DNA of 64,000 nucleotides from Candidatus Latescibacterota bacterium (lineage in GTDB: Bacteria > Latescibacterota > UBA2968 > GCA-2709665): positions 77,087 through 141,086 of the forward strand of contig CAXXJS010000021.1 of assembly GCA_963662665.2 (NCBI GenBank), read 5' to 3'. The notes beneath the pieces are model-generated. The model did no database searches and was not told the DNA's origin. It saw only the letters and a program-made list of their open reading frames with translations. The translations under genes and the position numbers were made by a program. Every line of letters starts with the position of its first letter. Position 1 is the stretch's first letter. This document shows, one piece after another, positions 52,816-62,340 of the stretch.

Positions 52816-55551
52816 TCAACGATTAGCTAAACAATCGGAACTCACACTATTCACGATTTTCCACGTTTTCCCGGGTATGGCATCATAGCCGAGACCGTCG
52901 CATTTGGTGTAGACGCTCGCCGAGCGGTCGTTGGATTCGACGTGGAGAACGGGGTATCCCGTATCGTAGGATCCGCCCTGGATCAGCACCGTGTCGCCAA
53001 TCAGGTTCTCATTGGACAGCGGGCGGTCGATCCGGTACAGGCTGCGGAGGTTATCCGTGATCACGTCCACAATCGCCCCGCCGAGAAAGGGTTCCTCCAG
53101 TTCGAGAACGTGCCCATTCAGACTGGCGCGGGTGCCGCCGAGAAGATATGCGAACGCCGGTTCCCCGTCTGACGTCAGGGTGAAAACCGAAACGCGCCCG
53201 TTCGTTTCAAGGGTTCCTTCCGGACTCTCAAAAGCCGCGGTTTGACCCTCGGGACAGAAAGTCACGAGGTCCGTGCCCGATTCGCGGACGACGCGGACAC
53301 CTACGGCGTCGCCGTTCCCCGAATCCAGACTCTCCACTGCCTTTACGAACGGGCGACAACGGCGGCTGACGTCGAAAAGGCTCAGAAACGCGCTACGGGC
53401 GGGCAGGCCGGTGCGCCGGCGGATAACATACGGGACGGTCTCACCGGTCTGCACGTTGTCGCGAGAGCCGGTGCCCCGTTCTCCCCATCCCTTTCCGATG
53501 AGCACCTGTTCCTCTCCGAAGGGCACAGCGTAGGCCGTAAAGCGTTGCTGGTCCAGGTTGAAGTGGATTGACCAGGGCGCTTCGGTCTGTGCGGCCGCCA
53601 GATTCGTCAGATCCCGCCAATCGACGCCGGTCGGCTGGAGTTCCAGATTCCGGGGTACGCCTTCTGCGACCGGACCATGAAACAGGTAATCGTGAACGCG
53701 GCCGCCCGTCACCCGAAAACAGTCGATCAAATAGCTTGCGCCGCCACCATGGTCCACAACGGCGCACAGCCGACGATAGGTGTCGACGTCGTAGGCCCGT
53801 GAAGAAACCGCGGCGATTTTGACACGGCCGGCGCTGTTGAACAGGTCGAGGCTGCCGCCGCGGCCTTCGCGCTTCTGGTCTTGCTCGTCGACGACAACGG
53901 TGTTGTGCGCGATGGTTCGAACGGTATTGTGCTTGTCCGGCCGGTCCCATAGATAACCGAGGTCCGTCAGGGCTTCCTTTCCGTCCTTAAAATAGACCAG
54001 GTTCAGGCTGTCCTCGTGGTGATGCCCGCCCCAGTCCGAGGCGCTCAGGAGCGTGGTACTCGCACGCCCGTGTTCGCCCGTACGCAGTAGGCCGATCCTC
54101 AGGGCCGGAAAGAACTGATCGGAAAGGACCAGCGTAGCCGACGGGTCTGCCATCAGATCCGGCGGGCGGTGAAACAGCGCGTATTCGCCTCCGTGGTTCT
54201 CCAGGTCGTGTTCGCACAGTTCCGCGAGCATGGCGACGTGGTTTGGGTCGCCGTAGCGGGCGACGAGTATATCGGCGATGTCAACGGACATCCTGCAAGC
54301 GGTTACGTCGTCGGCGATGACGCCATAGCCGAGATCGGGCATTGGGCTCTTGACGTACCCATCCAGTACCGCCCTGTACCGGCTGTCGCCATAGACGTCC
54401 AGTTTCCGACGGCGGCCTTCCGGTGACCCCGTCCCCGAAAAACCGGCGTACCCATGAGCGGCGTCGGCGAAGTGGCGAATCCCGTTAAGTGTCATGAATC
54501 CGTACCCGGGGGATTCGGAAGTCATTCCATCTTCCAGAAACCAGTTGTAGACGAAATGGTCGAACCCGTCCAGACCGAAACGGACCAGATCCGAATCGGC
54601 AAGGCAAAGGCCGACAAGGCCCGCGGCAGAACGGTTGGTCGCGCTCTTGTTGTTGAAGTTCGGATCCGCGAGGAGAAGGAGCGTGCTTTCGCGAAGGAGG
54701 TCGCGTTCAATTTTGTGACGGTTCGCGGGGGTATATACCGGGTGGCCGTTGGCTTCCGCGCCGCGGGTGAGGTCGTAGGCGACGGTGACATCGGAAACGA
54801 AGGTGCCTTCCATACCCACCCCCGTGGCGCGTCCGGCCATCCAGTAGCCCACGTGCAGTTTGCCGTCAGGTCGGTTTGGCGGTACCACGAGTTCCGGTTT
54901 GGGAAGATCCAGGATATTTTTCGCGGCGACCTCCGCGGGCGCATCGGAGAATTCACCGTAGCCCGAGTGAACCATGTAGCCGGGATAGACCTCGGCGAAC
55001 CGGAGAAGTATGTCCCTGGCCTTTTCGGCGTGACCGACCTCTTCCGTCAGGACATAGGCCAGGGCGCACTGACGGGCGACTCCCGCCATGAACTCGCACT
55101 TGCGGGCCCGGATGTTGGCGGTCCACGAGGAAACGAAGGGAAACCCGATGAGGTCCCAGTGTCTGCCGGTATAGTACGTGATTTCCTGCCCGCCGCCGAA
55201 GTCGGTCCTGAATACCACTTCTTCGGGATAATCGGAATGGGGATAGGCGGTCTTGCAAGTCGTGCAGACCAGTTGATCGGGACTTTCGGGCACCCATTCA
55301 TAGTGTCCGTGCACAGGAGCCGCCTCGCAGGCGGGGCACATGGTAAACAGCTCGCTGCCGGGGGTTTCCGGGGGAATCCAGTCTTTGAGGTCTTGAAGGG
55401 TGACGTGACGCACCCTGGCGACTGACGACAGCAAATCTTCAAGGAAACGCCGAGCCCAGACGTGGCGTTCGATGTTACCGCGGGCAACTTCGATATCCTG
55501 TTCCTTGAAAAGGGTCGTGGGGCGTCGGGCCGGGTTGGTGCTGATCTTCAT
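52816..55551 (-). CDS. Large heparinase II/III-like protein with an N-terminal CxxC..CxxC insert and no signal peptide
   Basis: DGMTSESPGY, GHHHEDSLNL, DLGY, TIAHNTVVVD..DQ. Confidence 0.8.
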   Translation of the reverse strand: MKISTNPARRPTTLFKEQDIEVARGNIERHVWARRFLEDLLSSVARVRHVTLQDLKDWIPPETPGSELFTMCPACEAAPVHGHYEWVPESPDQLVCTTCKTAYPHSDYPEEVVFRTDFGGGQEITYYTGRHWDLIGFPFVSSWTANIRARKCEFMAGVARQCALAYVLTEEVGHAEKARDILLRFAEVYPGYMVHSGYGEFSDAPAEVAAKNILDLPKPELVVPPNRPDGKLHVGYWMAGRATGVGMEGTFVSDVTVAYDLTRGAEANGHPVYTPANRHKIERDLLRESTLLLLADPNFNNKSATNRSAAGLVGLCLADSDLVRFGLDGFDHFVYNWFLEDGMTSESPGYGFMTLNGIRHFADAAHGYAGFSGTGSPEGRRRKLDVYGDSRYRAVLDGYVKSPMPDLGYGVIADDVTACRMSVDIADILVARYGDPNHVAMLAELCEHDLENHGGEYALFHRPPDLMADPSATLVLSDQFFPALRIGLLRTGEHGRASTTLLSASDWGGHHHEDSLNLVYFKDGKEALTDLGYLWDRPDKHNTVRTIAHNTVVVDEQDQKREGRGGSLDLFNSAGRVKIAAVSSRAYDVDTYRRLCAVVDHGGGASYLIDCFRVTGGRVHDYLFHGPVAEGVPRNLELQPTGVDWRDLTNLAAAQTEAPWSIHFNLDQQRFTAYAVPFGEEQVLIGKGWGERGTGSRDNVQTGETVPYVIRRRTGLPARSAFLSLFDVSRRCRPFVKAVESLDSGNGDAVGVRVVRESGTDLVTFCPEGQTAAFESPEGTLETNGRVSVFTLTSDGEPAFAYLLGGTRASLNGHVLELEEPFLGGAIVDVITDNLRSLYRIDRPLSNENLIGDTVLIQGGSYDTGYPVLHVESNDRSASVYTKCDGLGYDAIPGKTWKIVNSVSSDCLANR

Positions 55552-55699
55552 AGCGCTCTCGTATGTTGGTAAGCGAGTGAGTCGGCCACGGGCGTCCAGC
55601 GAGCCATACGCGTGGATAGTGGGGCTGCGGTTACCATCTGCTGCATTACGTGAAGCACGCTGTTGCCGCGTTGTCCATGTGCCGGCGGCCTGAAGTCTC

Positions 55700-56446
55700 T
55701 TATATTTCCGCACGCTCCAGATAATCGGCGGCCCCAGCAGCGATCCACGGTCCGATATTGGTTAACAGGAAGCGCGCGCCCAGACCCGTATACTTCTCAA
55801 CGTTATTGTTCGTGGTCAGGGTGCCCGGTGTTTTTCCCGAGTCCCTTATGCGGATCAGGGTCTCCTCGACGGTACGTTGCACGTCCGGATGGTCGTTGTT
55901 TCCAATATGACCCATCGAGGCGGCCAGATCCGAAGGAGCGACAAAAAACACGTCAATCTGATCCACCCCCAGGATGGCATCCAGGTTCCGCACCGCGACG
56001 ATGTCCTCGATGAGAACCACGAAAAGTGTCTCGTTGTTCGCGGCATTCGGATAGTCGGGCACGCCATAACCCTGGCGGCTCGTGAAGAGGCCGCGTTTGC
56101 CCAACGGCGCGAATTTGCCGCCATCGATGACGTTGCGCGCTTCGGCCTCCGAGTTGACATGGGGAACGACGATGCCCTGCGCCCCCCGGTCGAGGGTGCG
56201 ATATATGAGGGCCTGATCGTTGCGGTTGATCCTGACGATCGAGGTCATACCCCAAATGTCGCAGGCCCTCGTGAGGTTGCCGAGATCTGCCGCATTGACG
56301 GGTCCGTGTTCTCCTTCCAGCCACACGCCGTCGAAGCCGGTATGGCCGAAGGCGTCGATGTCATCGGGATGGGTGAGGCCGCCGGCGACACAGGCAACTT
56401 TGCCGTCGGCAAGTTTTCGTTTGACACGGTTCGGTCGGATGTTCAA
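55700..56446 (-). CDS. HpcH/HpaI-family aldolase
   Basis: EGEHG, IVR, LDRGAQGIVVP, P.GKRG, LIE, APSDL; AAGGAG RBS before TTG. Confidence 0.92.
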   Translation of the reverse strand: MNIRPNRVKRKLADGKVACVAGGLTHPDDIDAFGHTGFDGVWLEGEHGPVNAADLGNLTRACDIWGMTSIVRINRNDQALIYRTLDRGAQGIVVPHVNSEAEARNVIDGGKFAPLGKRGLFTSRQGYGVPDYPNAANNETLFVVLIEDIVAVRNLDAILGVDQIDVFFVAPSDLAASMGHIGNNDHPDVQRTVEETLIRIRDSGKTPGTLTTNNNVEKYTGLGARFLLTNIGPWIAAGAADYLERAEI

Positions 56447-56518
56447 GGGAGACTCTCCTTTTCGTGTGGACATGCGAGCCGGTGGCAAAAGAAGATCCGT
56501 TCAGTTCGAAGGCGAGTT

Positions 56519-57286
56519 TCAATCCAGATCGATGCTCACTGGAGCGTGGTCGGAAACGGTCAGACCGGCCTGGCGGTGTACGGCAGCGGCACGGAGGCGT
56601 CCGGCGACAGCGTTGTTTCCAAGCAGGTAGTCGATTCGCCAGCCCCGGTCGAGTTCGCGGGCCCTCCCGCGATTCGACCACCAGGAATAGGGACCCTGTA
56701 CATCTCCAAAGTGTTCCCGCACAAGGTCGTTCCAGCCGGCAGCCAGGAGGTCGGTCAACCACTGTCTTTCGTGTGCCAGGAATCCTGAGTTCTTTTCGTT
56801 CCCTTTGGCATAGAAAATGTCTTTTTCCGTATGTGCAATGTTGAAGTCTCCTCCCAGAATTACGGGTTCATCACCTTGCGTGTGTTGCTTCGACCATGGT
56901 AGAAACCGGGTCATCCAGAGATCTTCCTTGATCTTCTGGCGATCGTCGCTGGATGAGCCGGAGGGAAGGTAGACGTTTACCAATCGGACTCCCTTCACGC
57001 GCACCTGCAGGATCCGTCCTTCCGGATCGGACTCGTGGATCCCGGTGCCGAGGACCTCAAGCCGATGGCGGGACAAGACCGCAACCCCCGAGTACCCTTT
57101 GCGTTCGGCGGGATGCCAGTGGACGTACCAGCCGCGCGGCTTGATCCATCCGCGGGGAAGCTGTTCGGGGAGCGCACGGACTTCCTGGAGGAGGAGTACA
57201 TCCGGCGCGATCCGTCCGACGTGTCGGGCAAAGCCCTTTCTGAGTGCGGCGCGCAGGCCGTTCACGTTCCAGGTGGTAATTCGCAT
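56519..57286 (-). CDS. xth: Exodeoxyribonuclease III / AP endonuclease
   Basis: TWNVNG, LQE, GYSGV, GDFN, YSWW, GWRIDY, SDHAP. Confidence 0.95.
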   Translation of the reverse strand: MRITTWNVNGLRAALRKGFARHVGRIAPDVLLLQEVRALPEQLPRGWIKPRGWYVHWHPAERKGYSGVAVLSRHRLEVLGTGIHESDPEGRILQVRVKGVRLVNVYLPSGSSSDDRQKIKEDLWMTRFLPWSKQHTQGDEPVILGGDFNIAHTEKDIFYAKGNEKNSGFLAHERQWLTDLLAAGWNDLVREHFGDVQGPYSWWSNRGRARELDRGWRIDYLLGNNAVAGRLRAAAVHRQAGLTVSDHAPVSIDLD

Positions 57287-57337
57287 GGGCTGGGCGAGTG
57301 TGAAGCCGCTGCAGGTCTGCCGTCGGCCGGCCTGGAT

Positions 57338-59209
57338 TTATGCGAACGCCGATTGGACACCGATTGTCTTTGTGTCCCGTGAGACGGTGATGCGGCCGTT
57401 TTCGGCTCGCATCGTGACGTCCGCAATGTCGCAGTCGATACCGAAGGCGACGGCGACCCTTGCGGGTCCGGGTTTCAGGATGGTTTCTACTTTGAGGTAT
57501 TCGACTTCCATACTCTCGGCGTCCGCGTGTCCGGGTTTGAGGTCCAGGTGTCTGGCCGTAGCGAAACCGGTGTCGGGTGGGGTCAGCAGGCCGGCGTTCA
57601 CAACGGTATTTCCGGCCACGATTGTGGCCGAAGAACCCGCCAACCTGACCGTGCCTGCAAAGTGAATGCGGGATTCCACTCCGGTCGCGTCAGCGACTTC
57701 AATCTCGTCGATGACGACGAACACATCGGGACGGAGGTAGAGGAAATGACGAACGAAAACCGTGAGTTTGTCGATATCGTAGGCTGAAGCGATGGACGCC
57801 CTGAGGTAATCGTGCACGGCGGTGAATTCCACCTCGTCCACGGTACCGAGGAGGCGCCGGTCACCGGGTTGGCCCTGTCCGTCGAAGAGCGGCAGGTTGT
57901 GACCCGGAGTCGATTTGAAGATCCACTCTCCCGGATCCCCGTAGCGGCCGATGCCGAGTTCACGGACGACGGTTCTGCCGCCCGCGTGGATAATGAAGTT
58001 TCCGACGTCCGCGTGACCGTGGGGTTCGACGGTGGCGCCGATCTTCAGCGCCATGACGGGGGCGTCCGGATCTTGCCATGATCCTCGCATAACGCACCAG
58101 CCGGCATCGGGAAAGTACGCCGACGGATGGGACGGTGAAGGAAGTTCCGGTACGGTATCGGACGCATCCCAGAAGAGCTCCGCCAATTTGATGGACGGCT
58201 GGCGGTCCGTCGTGAGCTTGTCGAAGTAGGCCGCGCCGCGATGCCCGTATTCGCGGGCGAATTTGCGGAAGGCCATACCTCCGGGAAAGTGTTTCCCGCA
58301 GTCGGCGAAGTTGACCACGCGGTCGGGCGGGAGAAAGCAGTTGATCGGAAAGTCGACCGTATTCCTGAGTTTGGGATGGTTGTAAAGGTTGATTTGTCCA
58401 CCGGTGAGCCGTCTCAGGGCATCCGAGAAGGGAAAGGAAGTAATGATGCCATAGTTCCAGTACCCCGGACCCTCCTTCCAGGAACCGTCGTTCTCGATGG
58501 TATCGTAGAAACTCGTGACGCGTTCGACGCATTCGCGTATAACGCCGTGCATGGCTTCTCGAGGCCGGATGCCCGTCCGAAGATGGATATGCCCTGCATC
58601 GAGCAGGGCCAGGGCGCACAGACCCATATTTGAGACGCAGACGGAACACCAGTTGCTGTCATATCGCGACGCCCAGAAGTGATGTTGCATGCCGCCGATG
58701 CAATGGCTCAGACCGCGCGCAAAAATCACGAATTCCAGTTCCCGGCGCTGATTTTCGGAAAGGGCGTCGTAAAGCAAGTCGTAAGCAGCGGCGAAACTGG
58801 CGCAGGTATGGCTGCCGTCCAGGTCCAGAAGCATGAATTCGTGGACCGGGTGGACCCACGAGGGCCAGGTCATCATTGAAGCCAGGCCCTCCCAGGCTTT
58901 TTCGAAGTAGGCCTGGTCCCGGTCGACCGCATAGGCCAGCACATAATCTTCGAGGAGAGACCGGGCTTCGCCCGAAACACGGCTGTACGTTTCCCAGATG
59001 CCGTTCCGGTAGCTTTTCTCTCTGGGCGGCGGCATTGGGAACGGTTGATCGAGGCCGGCGTTGAGTCGCTCGCGCGTCTGACTGTATATTTCCGCGTGGG
59101 TGCCGTCGAGACAGAGTGCGCGCACGCGTTCCAGGTCGGACCTGGAGAAGAAGAGATAGGGATGTTCCGGCGTCTCGGGAATGAGACGCCCAACGTCGGG
59201 GACGGTCAT
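57338..59209 (-). CDS. Heparinase II/III-family (oligo-uronate lyase-like) protein, no signal peptide
   Basis: EHPYLFF, SNW, DGSWKEGPGYWNYG, NFAD, HGHAD.GNF, HN. Confidence 0.85.
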   Translation of the reverse strand: MTVPDVGRLIPETPEHPYLFFSRSDLERVRALCLDGTHAEIYSQTRERLNAGLDQPFPMPPPREKSYRNGIWETYSRVSGEARSLLEDYVLAYAVDRDQAYFEKAWEGLASMMTWPSWVHPVHEFMLLDLDGSHTCASFAAAYDLLYDALSENQRRELEFVIFARGLSHCIGGMQHHFWASRYDSNWCSVCVSNMGLCALALLDAGHIHLRTGIRPREAMHGVIRECVERVTSFYDTIENDGSWKEGPGYWNYGIITSFPFSDALRRLTGGQINLYNHPKLRNTVDFPINCFLPPDRVVNFADCGKHFPGGMAFRKFAREYGHRGAAYFDKLTTDRQPSIKLAELFWDASDTVPELPSPSHPSAYFPDAGWCVMRGSWQDPDAPVMALKIGATVEPHGHADVGNFIIHAGGRTVVRELGIGRYGDPGEWIFKSTPGHNLPLFDGQGQPGDRRLLGTVDEVEFTAVHDYLRASIASAYDIDKLTVFVRHFLYLRPDVFVVIDEIEVADATGVESRIHFAGTVRLAGSSATIVAGNTVVNAGLLTPPDTGFATARHLDLKPGHADAESMEVEYLKVETILKPGPARVAVAFGIDCDIADVTMRAENGRITVSRDTKTIGVQSAFA

Positions 59210-59272
59210 TGAAACTCCTGGACGACAAAAGCAACTGGAGAGGCGAGGGTCGCCACCAATTTATGGCCCTAT

Positions 59273-59595
59273 CAGTCCGTTGACAAAGTCGCTCTGCAGG
59301 CGAGGTATGGTGTCCCGTCCCTGAAATATGTCACCATTCAGCCGCCGATTCATCCCGTCTCGCCGCGTTGCCCTCGCTCGCCGACCTTGCGCAGGTCGTC
59401 TCGCTCAGGCGCCTTGCCAGCCGTGCGACTCGGCGGCTGAATTTCGGCAATCTATTTCCGGGTCAGAACACCTGTCATTGTGGCCGAAGACAAGGCGCGC
59501 GACCGCGTCGAATCGGGGATTCGGGGAGGGAGCGCAACGCAGTAATTCGGCCACAAGGGCCGGACGCAGACCGGATGGACTTTTCCAACGGGCTG
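59273..59595. mobile_element. MITE-like element, family B (outer element, interrupted by family A copy 2)
   Basis: 18-bp imperfect TIRs CAGTCCGTTGACAAAGTC / GACTTTTCCAACGGGCTG flanked by CTAT / CTAG; internal TTGTGGCCGAA/TTCGGCCACAA hairpin. Confidence 0.65.
59309..59472. mobile_element. MITE-like palindromic element, family A copy 2
   Basis: TIRs GGTGTCCCGTCCCTGAAATA / TATTTCCGGGTCAGAACACC; same orientation as, and similar to, 15459-15624. Confidence 0.75.
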
Positions 59596-59672
59596 CTAGA
59601 GCGGTCCCATGTGATAATATAGCGATGGGGGAAATGGTGGTCAAGGAGATGTACCGGAGGGAAGAGAGTCCG

Positions 59673-60548
59673 CTATACGATCTTTCTGGCCAGCAGAACG
59701 CGATCAGTTCCCGTTAAGTCGGGAACGGTCCGTTCGTGGACAAGCGTGGACGACTCCTGAAGCAGATTCGCCACTTCCGGTGCGGTGCCGTCGGCCACTT
59801 CCAGGGCAAGCCAACCGCCCCGGCCGAGGTGCGCAGGAGCCCGTGCGATGATTGAGCGGTGAAATTCGATCCCGTCCGGTCCGCCGTCGAGTGCGAGCAG
59901 GGGTTCGAAGTCGCGGACTTCAGGCTGAAGGTGCGGCAGGTCGTGGGAGGCGATGTATGGGGGGTTTGAAGCGATCGCGTGGAATACGGCGCGTGATCGA
60001 AAGGCGGCAAGGAGGTCGGCGCAAACGAAGGCGATCCGATGGTGAACTGCGTTGCGACGGGCATTTCGCACTGCCAGGCGCAGGGCTCGTTTGGAAACGT
60101 CGGTAGCGATCAGGCGGCTCCGGGGAAGCGCCTGCGCGAGCGTGACGGCGACGGGCCCGGCCCCGGTACCGACGTCCAGAACTCGCGGCCCCGTATGGGC
60201 ATCCAGACGGTCGACAAGCGTTTCGACCAGAATTTCGGTTTCCGGGCGGGGTATAAGCGCGTCGGGGCCGACGTAGAAGGGCAGGGAGAAAAACTCGGTT
60301 TCGCCGAGCAGATGTTGAAGCGGCACACGCGTGCGCCGCTTCTGTACGAAATCCCGAAGGCGTTTATACTGCGCAGGCGTAAGTCGCCGGCGCGGGTTCA
60401 CAAAGATGCCGGAGCGGCTGGTTTTCACGACCGCCGCAAGCAGCCATTCTACGTCCGCGCGGGGATCCGGTACGCCGGCATCTGCCAGACTGCGTGCCAT
60501 AACGGCGAGGACGTCGGAGGTGGTGGGAAGCGAGGAGAATTCGGCCAT
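59673..60548 (-). CDS. prmC: Release factor glutamine methyltransferase
   Basis: PLQH, LIPRPETE, LDVGTGAG, SNPPY, ALDGG.DG. Confidence 0.96.
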   Translation of the reverse strand: MAEFSSLPTTSDVLAVMARSLADAGVPDPRADVEWLLAAVVKTSRSGIFVNPRRRLTPAQYKRLRDFVQKRRTRVPLQHLLGETEFFSLPFYVGPDALIPRPETEILVETLVDRLDAHTGPRVLDVGTGAGPVAVTLAQALPRSRLIATDVSKRALRLAVRNARRNAVHHRIAFVCADLLAAFRSRAVFHAIASNPPYIASHDLPHLQPEVRDFEPLLALDGGPDGIEFHRSIIARAPAHLGRGGWLALEVADGTAPEVANLLQESSTLVHERTVPDLTGTDRVLLARKIV

Positions 60549-60582
60549 GGCCTGCCCGTCGAAGCCCCGGGCCCGGTCGGCA

Positions 60583-61671
60583 TCACGTGGGAACTGAGGT
60601 ATTCTGTTCGCCGTCTTTTATCTTCTCGGTATGGTCGGCAAGGCGGAGGGCGTTAATGAAATCGTCCAGATCGCCCTCGAGCGTCTCTTCGAGTTTGTGG
60701 AGTGTGAGTTTGATCCGGTGATCGGTAACCCGTCCCTGGGGGAAATTGTAAGTGCGGATTTTCGCACTGCGGTCACCCGTGCCTACCTGAGCCCTCCGGT
60801 TCCGGGAGGTGGTGTCCCGCTGGTCCTGGAGGGCGCGATCCAGCAGCCGCGCACGGAGGACCTTCATCGCCTTGGCCTTGTTCTTGTGTTGGGACTTCTC
60901 GTCCTGGCATTGTACGATCAGCCCGGTGGGCAGATGGGTAATCCGAACGGCGGAATCGGTGGTATTGACACTCTGGCCTCCCGGCCCCGAGGAACGGTAG
61001 ACGTCAACCCTGATTTCATCGGGATTGACTTTGACGTCCACTTCTTCCGCTTCGGGCAGGACGGCTACCGTTGACGTCGACGTGTGAATGCGTCCGCTGG
61101 ATTCGGTCTCAGGGATGCGCTGAACGCGATGTACGCCGCTCTCGTACTTGAGGTTGCCGTAGACGTCGCTCCCGCCCACGGAGAAGATGACTTCCTTGAA
61201 CCCGCCGATGCCGGTCGGGTTGGCGCTGAGCAACTCGGTCCGCCACCCATTGGATTCGGAGTAACGCGTATACATTCTATACAGATCGGCGGCAAACAGT
61301 GCCGCCTCTTCGCCTCCGGCGCCGGCGCGAATTTCCACAACTGTGTTTTTGCTGTCGTTGGGATCCCGGGGGACCAGCAGAAACTGGAGTTTTCCGGCAA
61401 GTCTGGCTTCTTCCCGCTGGAGTTCCGCCTGCTCCTCCCGGGCAAGATCAACCAGTTCCGCGTCATTGGAATCCCGGATTATTTCTCCGGCTTCCTCGAG
61501 GCCCGTTGCAATCTGCAGATAATCGCGGTACGTGCCGACGATTTCCTCCAGGCCGTGGTACTCCATCGTGAGTTCTCTGAACCTTTCGGGGTCGGCCGCA
61601 ACTTCGGGCCGCGCCATCTCGGCGCTGATCTCGTTGAAGCGAATTTCCACATCTTTCAGTTGACCGAACAT
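60583..61671 (-). CDS. prfA: Peptide chain release factor 1
   Basis: ESGVHRVQRIPET (PxT motif), GPGGQ, RTYNF. Confidence 0.98.
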   Translation of the reverse strand: MFGQLKDVEIRFNEISAEMARPEVAADPERFRELTMEYHGLEEIVGTYRDYLQIATGLEEAGEIIRDSNDAELVDLAREEQAELQREEARLAGKLQFLLVPRDPNDSKNTVVEIRAGAGGEEAALFAADLYRMYTRYSESNGWRTELLSANPTGIGGFKEVIFSVGGSDVYGNLKYESGVHRVQRIPETESSGRIHTSTSTVAVLPEAEEVDVKVNPDEIRVDVYRSSGPGGQSVNTTDSAVRITHLPTGLIVQCQDEKSQHKNKAKAMKVLRARLLDRALQDQRDTTSRNRRAQVGTGDRSAKIRTYNFPQGRVTDHRIKLTLHKLEETLEGDLDDFINALRLADHTEKIKDGEQNTSVPT

Positions 61672-61728
61672 TCGACATCCTCGGCGGGTTTACGTTCGAG
61701 ACGGCTGTCCCTGACGCGTTGACCCATA

Positions 61729-61762
61729 GCAGCCCGGACGGACTTTCTTAACGGGCTGTTAG
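61729..61762. repeat. Collapsed remnant of the family B element
   Basis: GCAGCCCGGACGGACTTTCTTAACGGGCTG-TTAG matches GCAGACCGGATGGACTTTTCCAACGGGCTG-CTAG at 59566-59599. Confidence 0.6.
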
Positions 61763-61913
61763 GCCTTACATGAAACTGGAACGGTTGCTGGAGCGGATAT
61801 CAGTTGCGTCCCGGTGGGGTCACCGGGAAGACAACAAAAAAGGCGAAGCGGTACGCACGCACGCCGAAAGGCGGACGATGCCGTTTCACCTTATTCTTTG
61901 ACTATCCGGATGG

Positions 61914-62171
61914 CTAATCTTCGGCAGTTTCCGAGACTTTGGCCGGCTCAGGAACATCGCCAGCCTCTCCATCCCTTATATTGTAACGCCGCCGATAACG
62001 TTCAACCATTCCCGCGGTGTCCACCAGACGCTGCTTACCCGTGTAAAAAGGATGGCAATTGGAGCAGATATCTACCCGAAGGCCGGGCACGGTCGCGTGC
62101 GTGGTCAGCGTCTTTCCGCACGCGCACGTGATGGTGGTTTCTACGTATTTTGGATGAATATTCTGTTTCAC
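61914..62171 (-). CDS. rpmE: 50S ribosomal protein L31 (zinc-binding form)
   Basis: GTG start with GAGG RBS; [21 protein letters not shown]. Confidence 0.96.
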   Translation of the reverse strand: MKQNIHPKYVETTITCACGKTLTTHATVPGLRVDICSNCHPFYTGKQRLVDTAGMVERYRRRYNIRDGEAGDVPEPAKVSETAED

Positions 62172-62221
62172 GTGGCAAAGGTCCTCAGATCTGGGAACGT
62201 CAAGGAAAAACGCAGATGCAG

Positions 62222-62250
62222 AATATATACAAATCGCATTTCCTGCGCAA
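62222..62250 (-). promoter_or_regulatory. Putative rpmE promoter
   Basis: TTGCGC-17 bp-TATATT on the minus strand. Confidence 0.45.
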
Positions 62251-62340
62251 GAACATAAAAGCCGGACACGGCTCACGAAGCCGAAAATTACCGCCGTCAG
62301 CACACCGTGAGCGGGGACGATGAAAACGATACGGAGCTTC

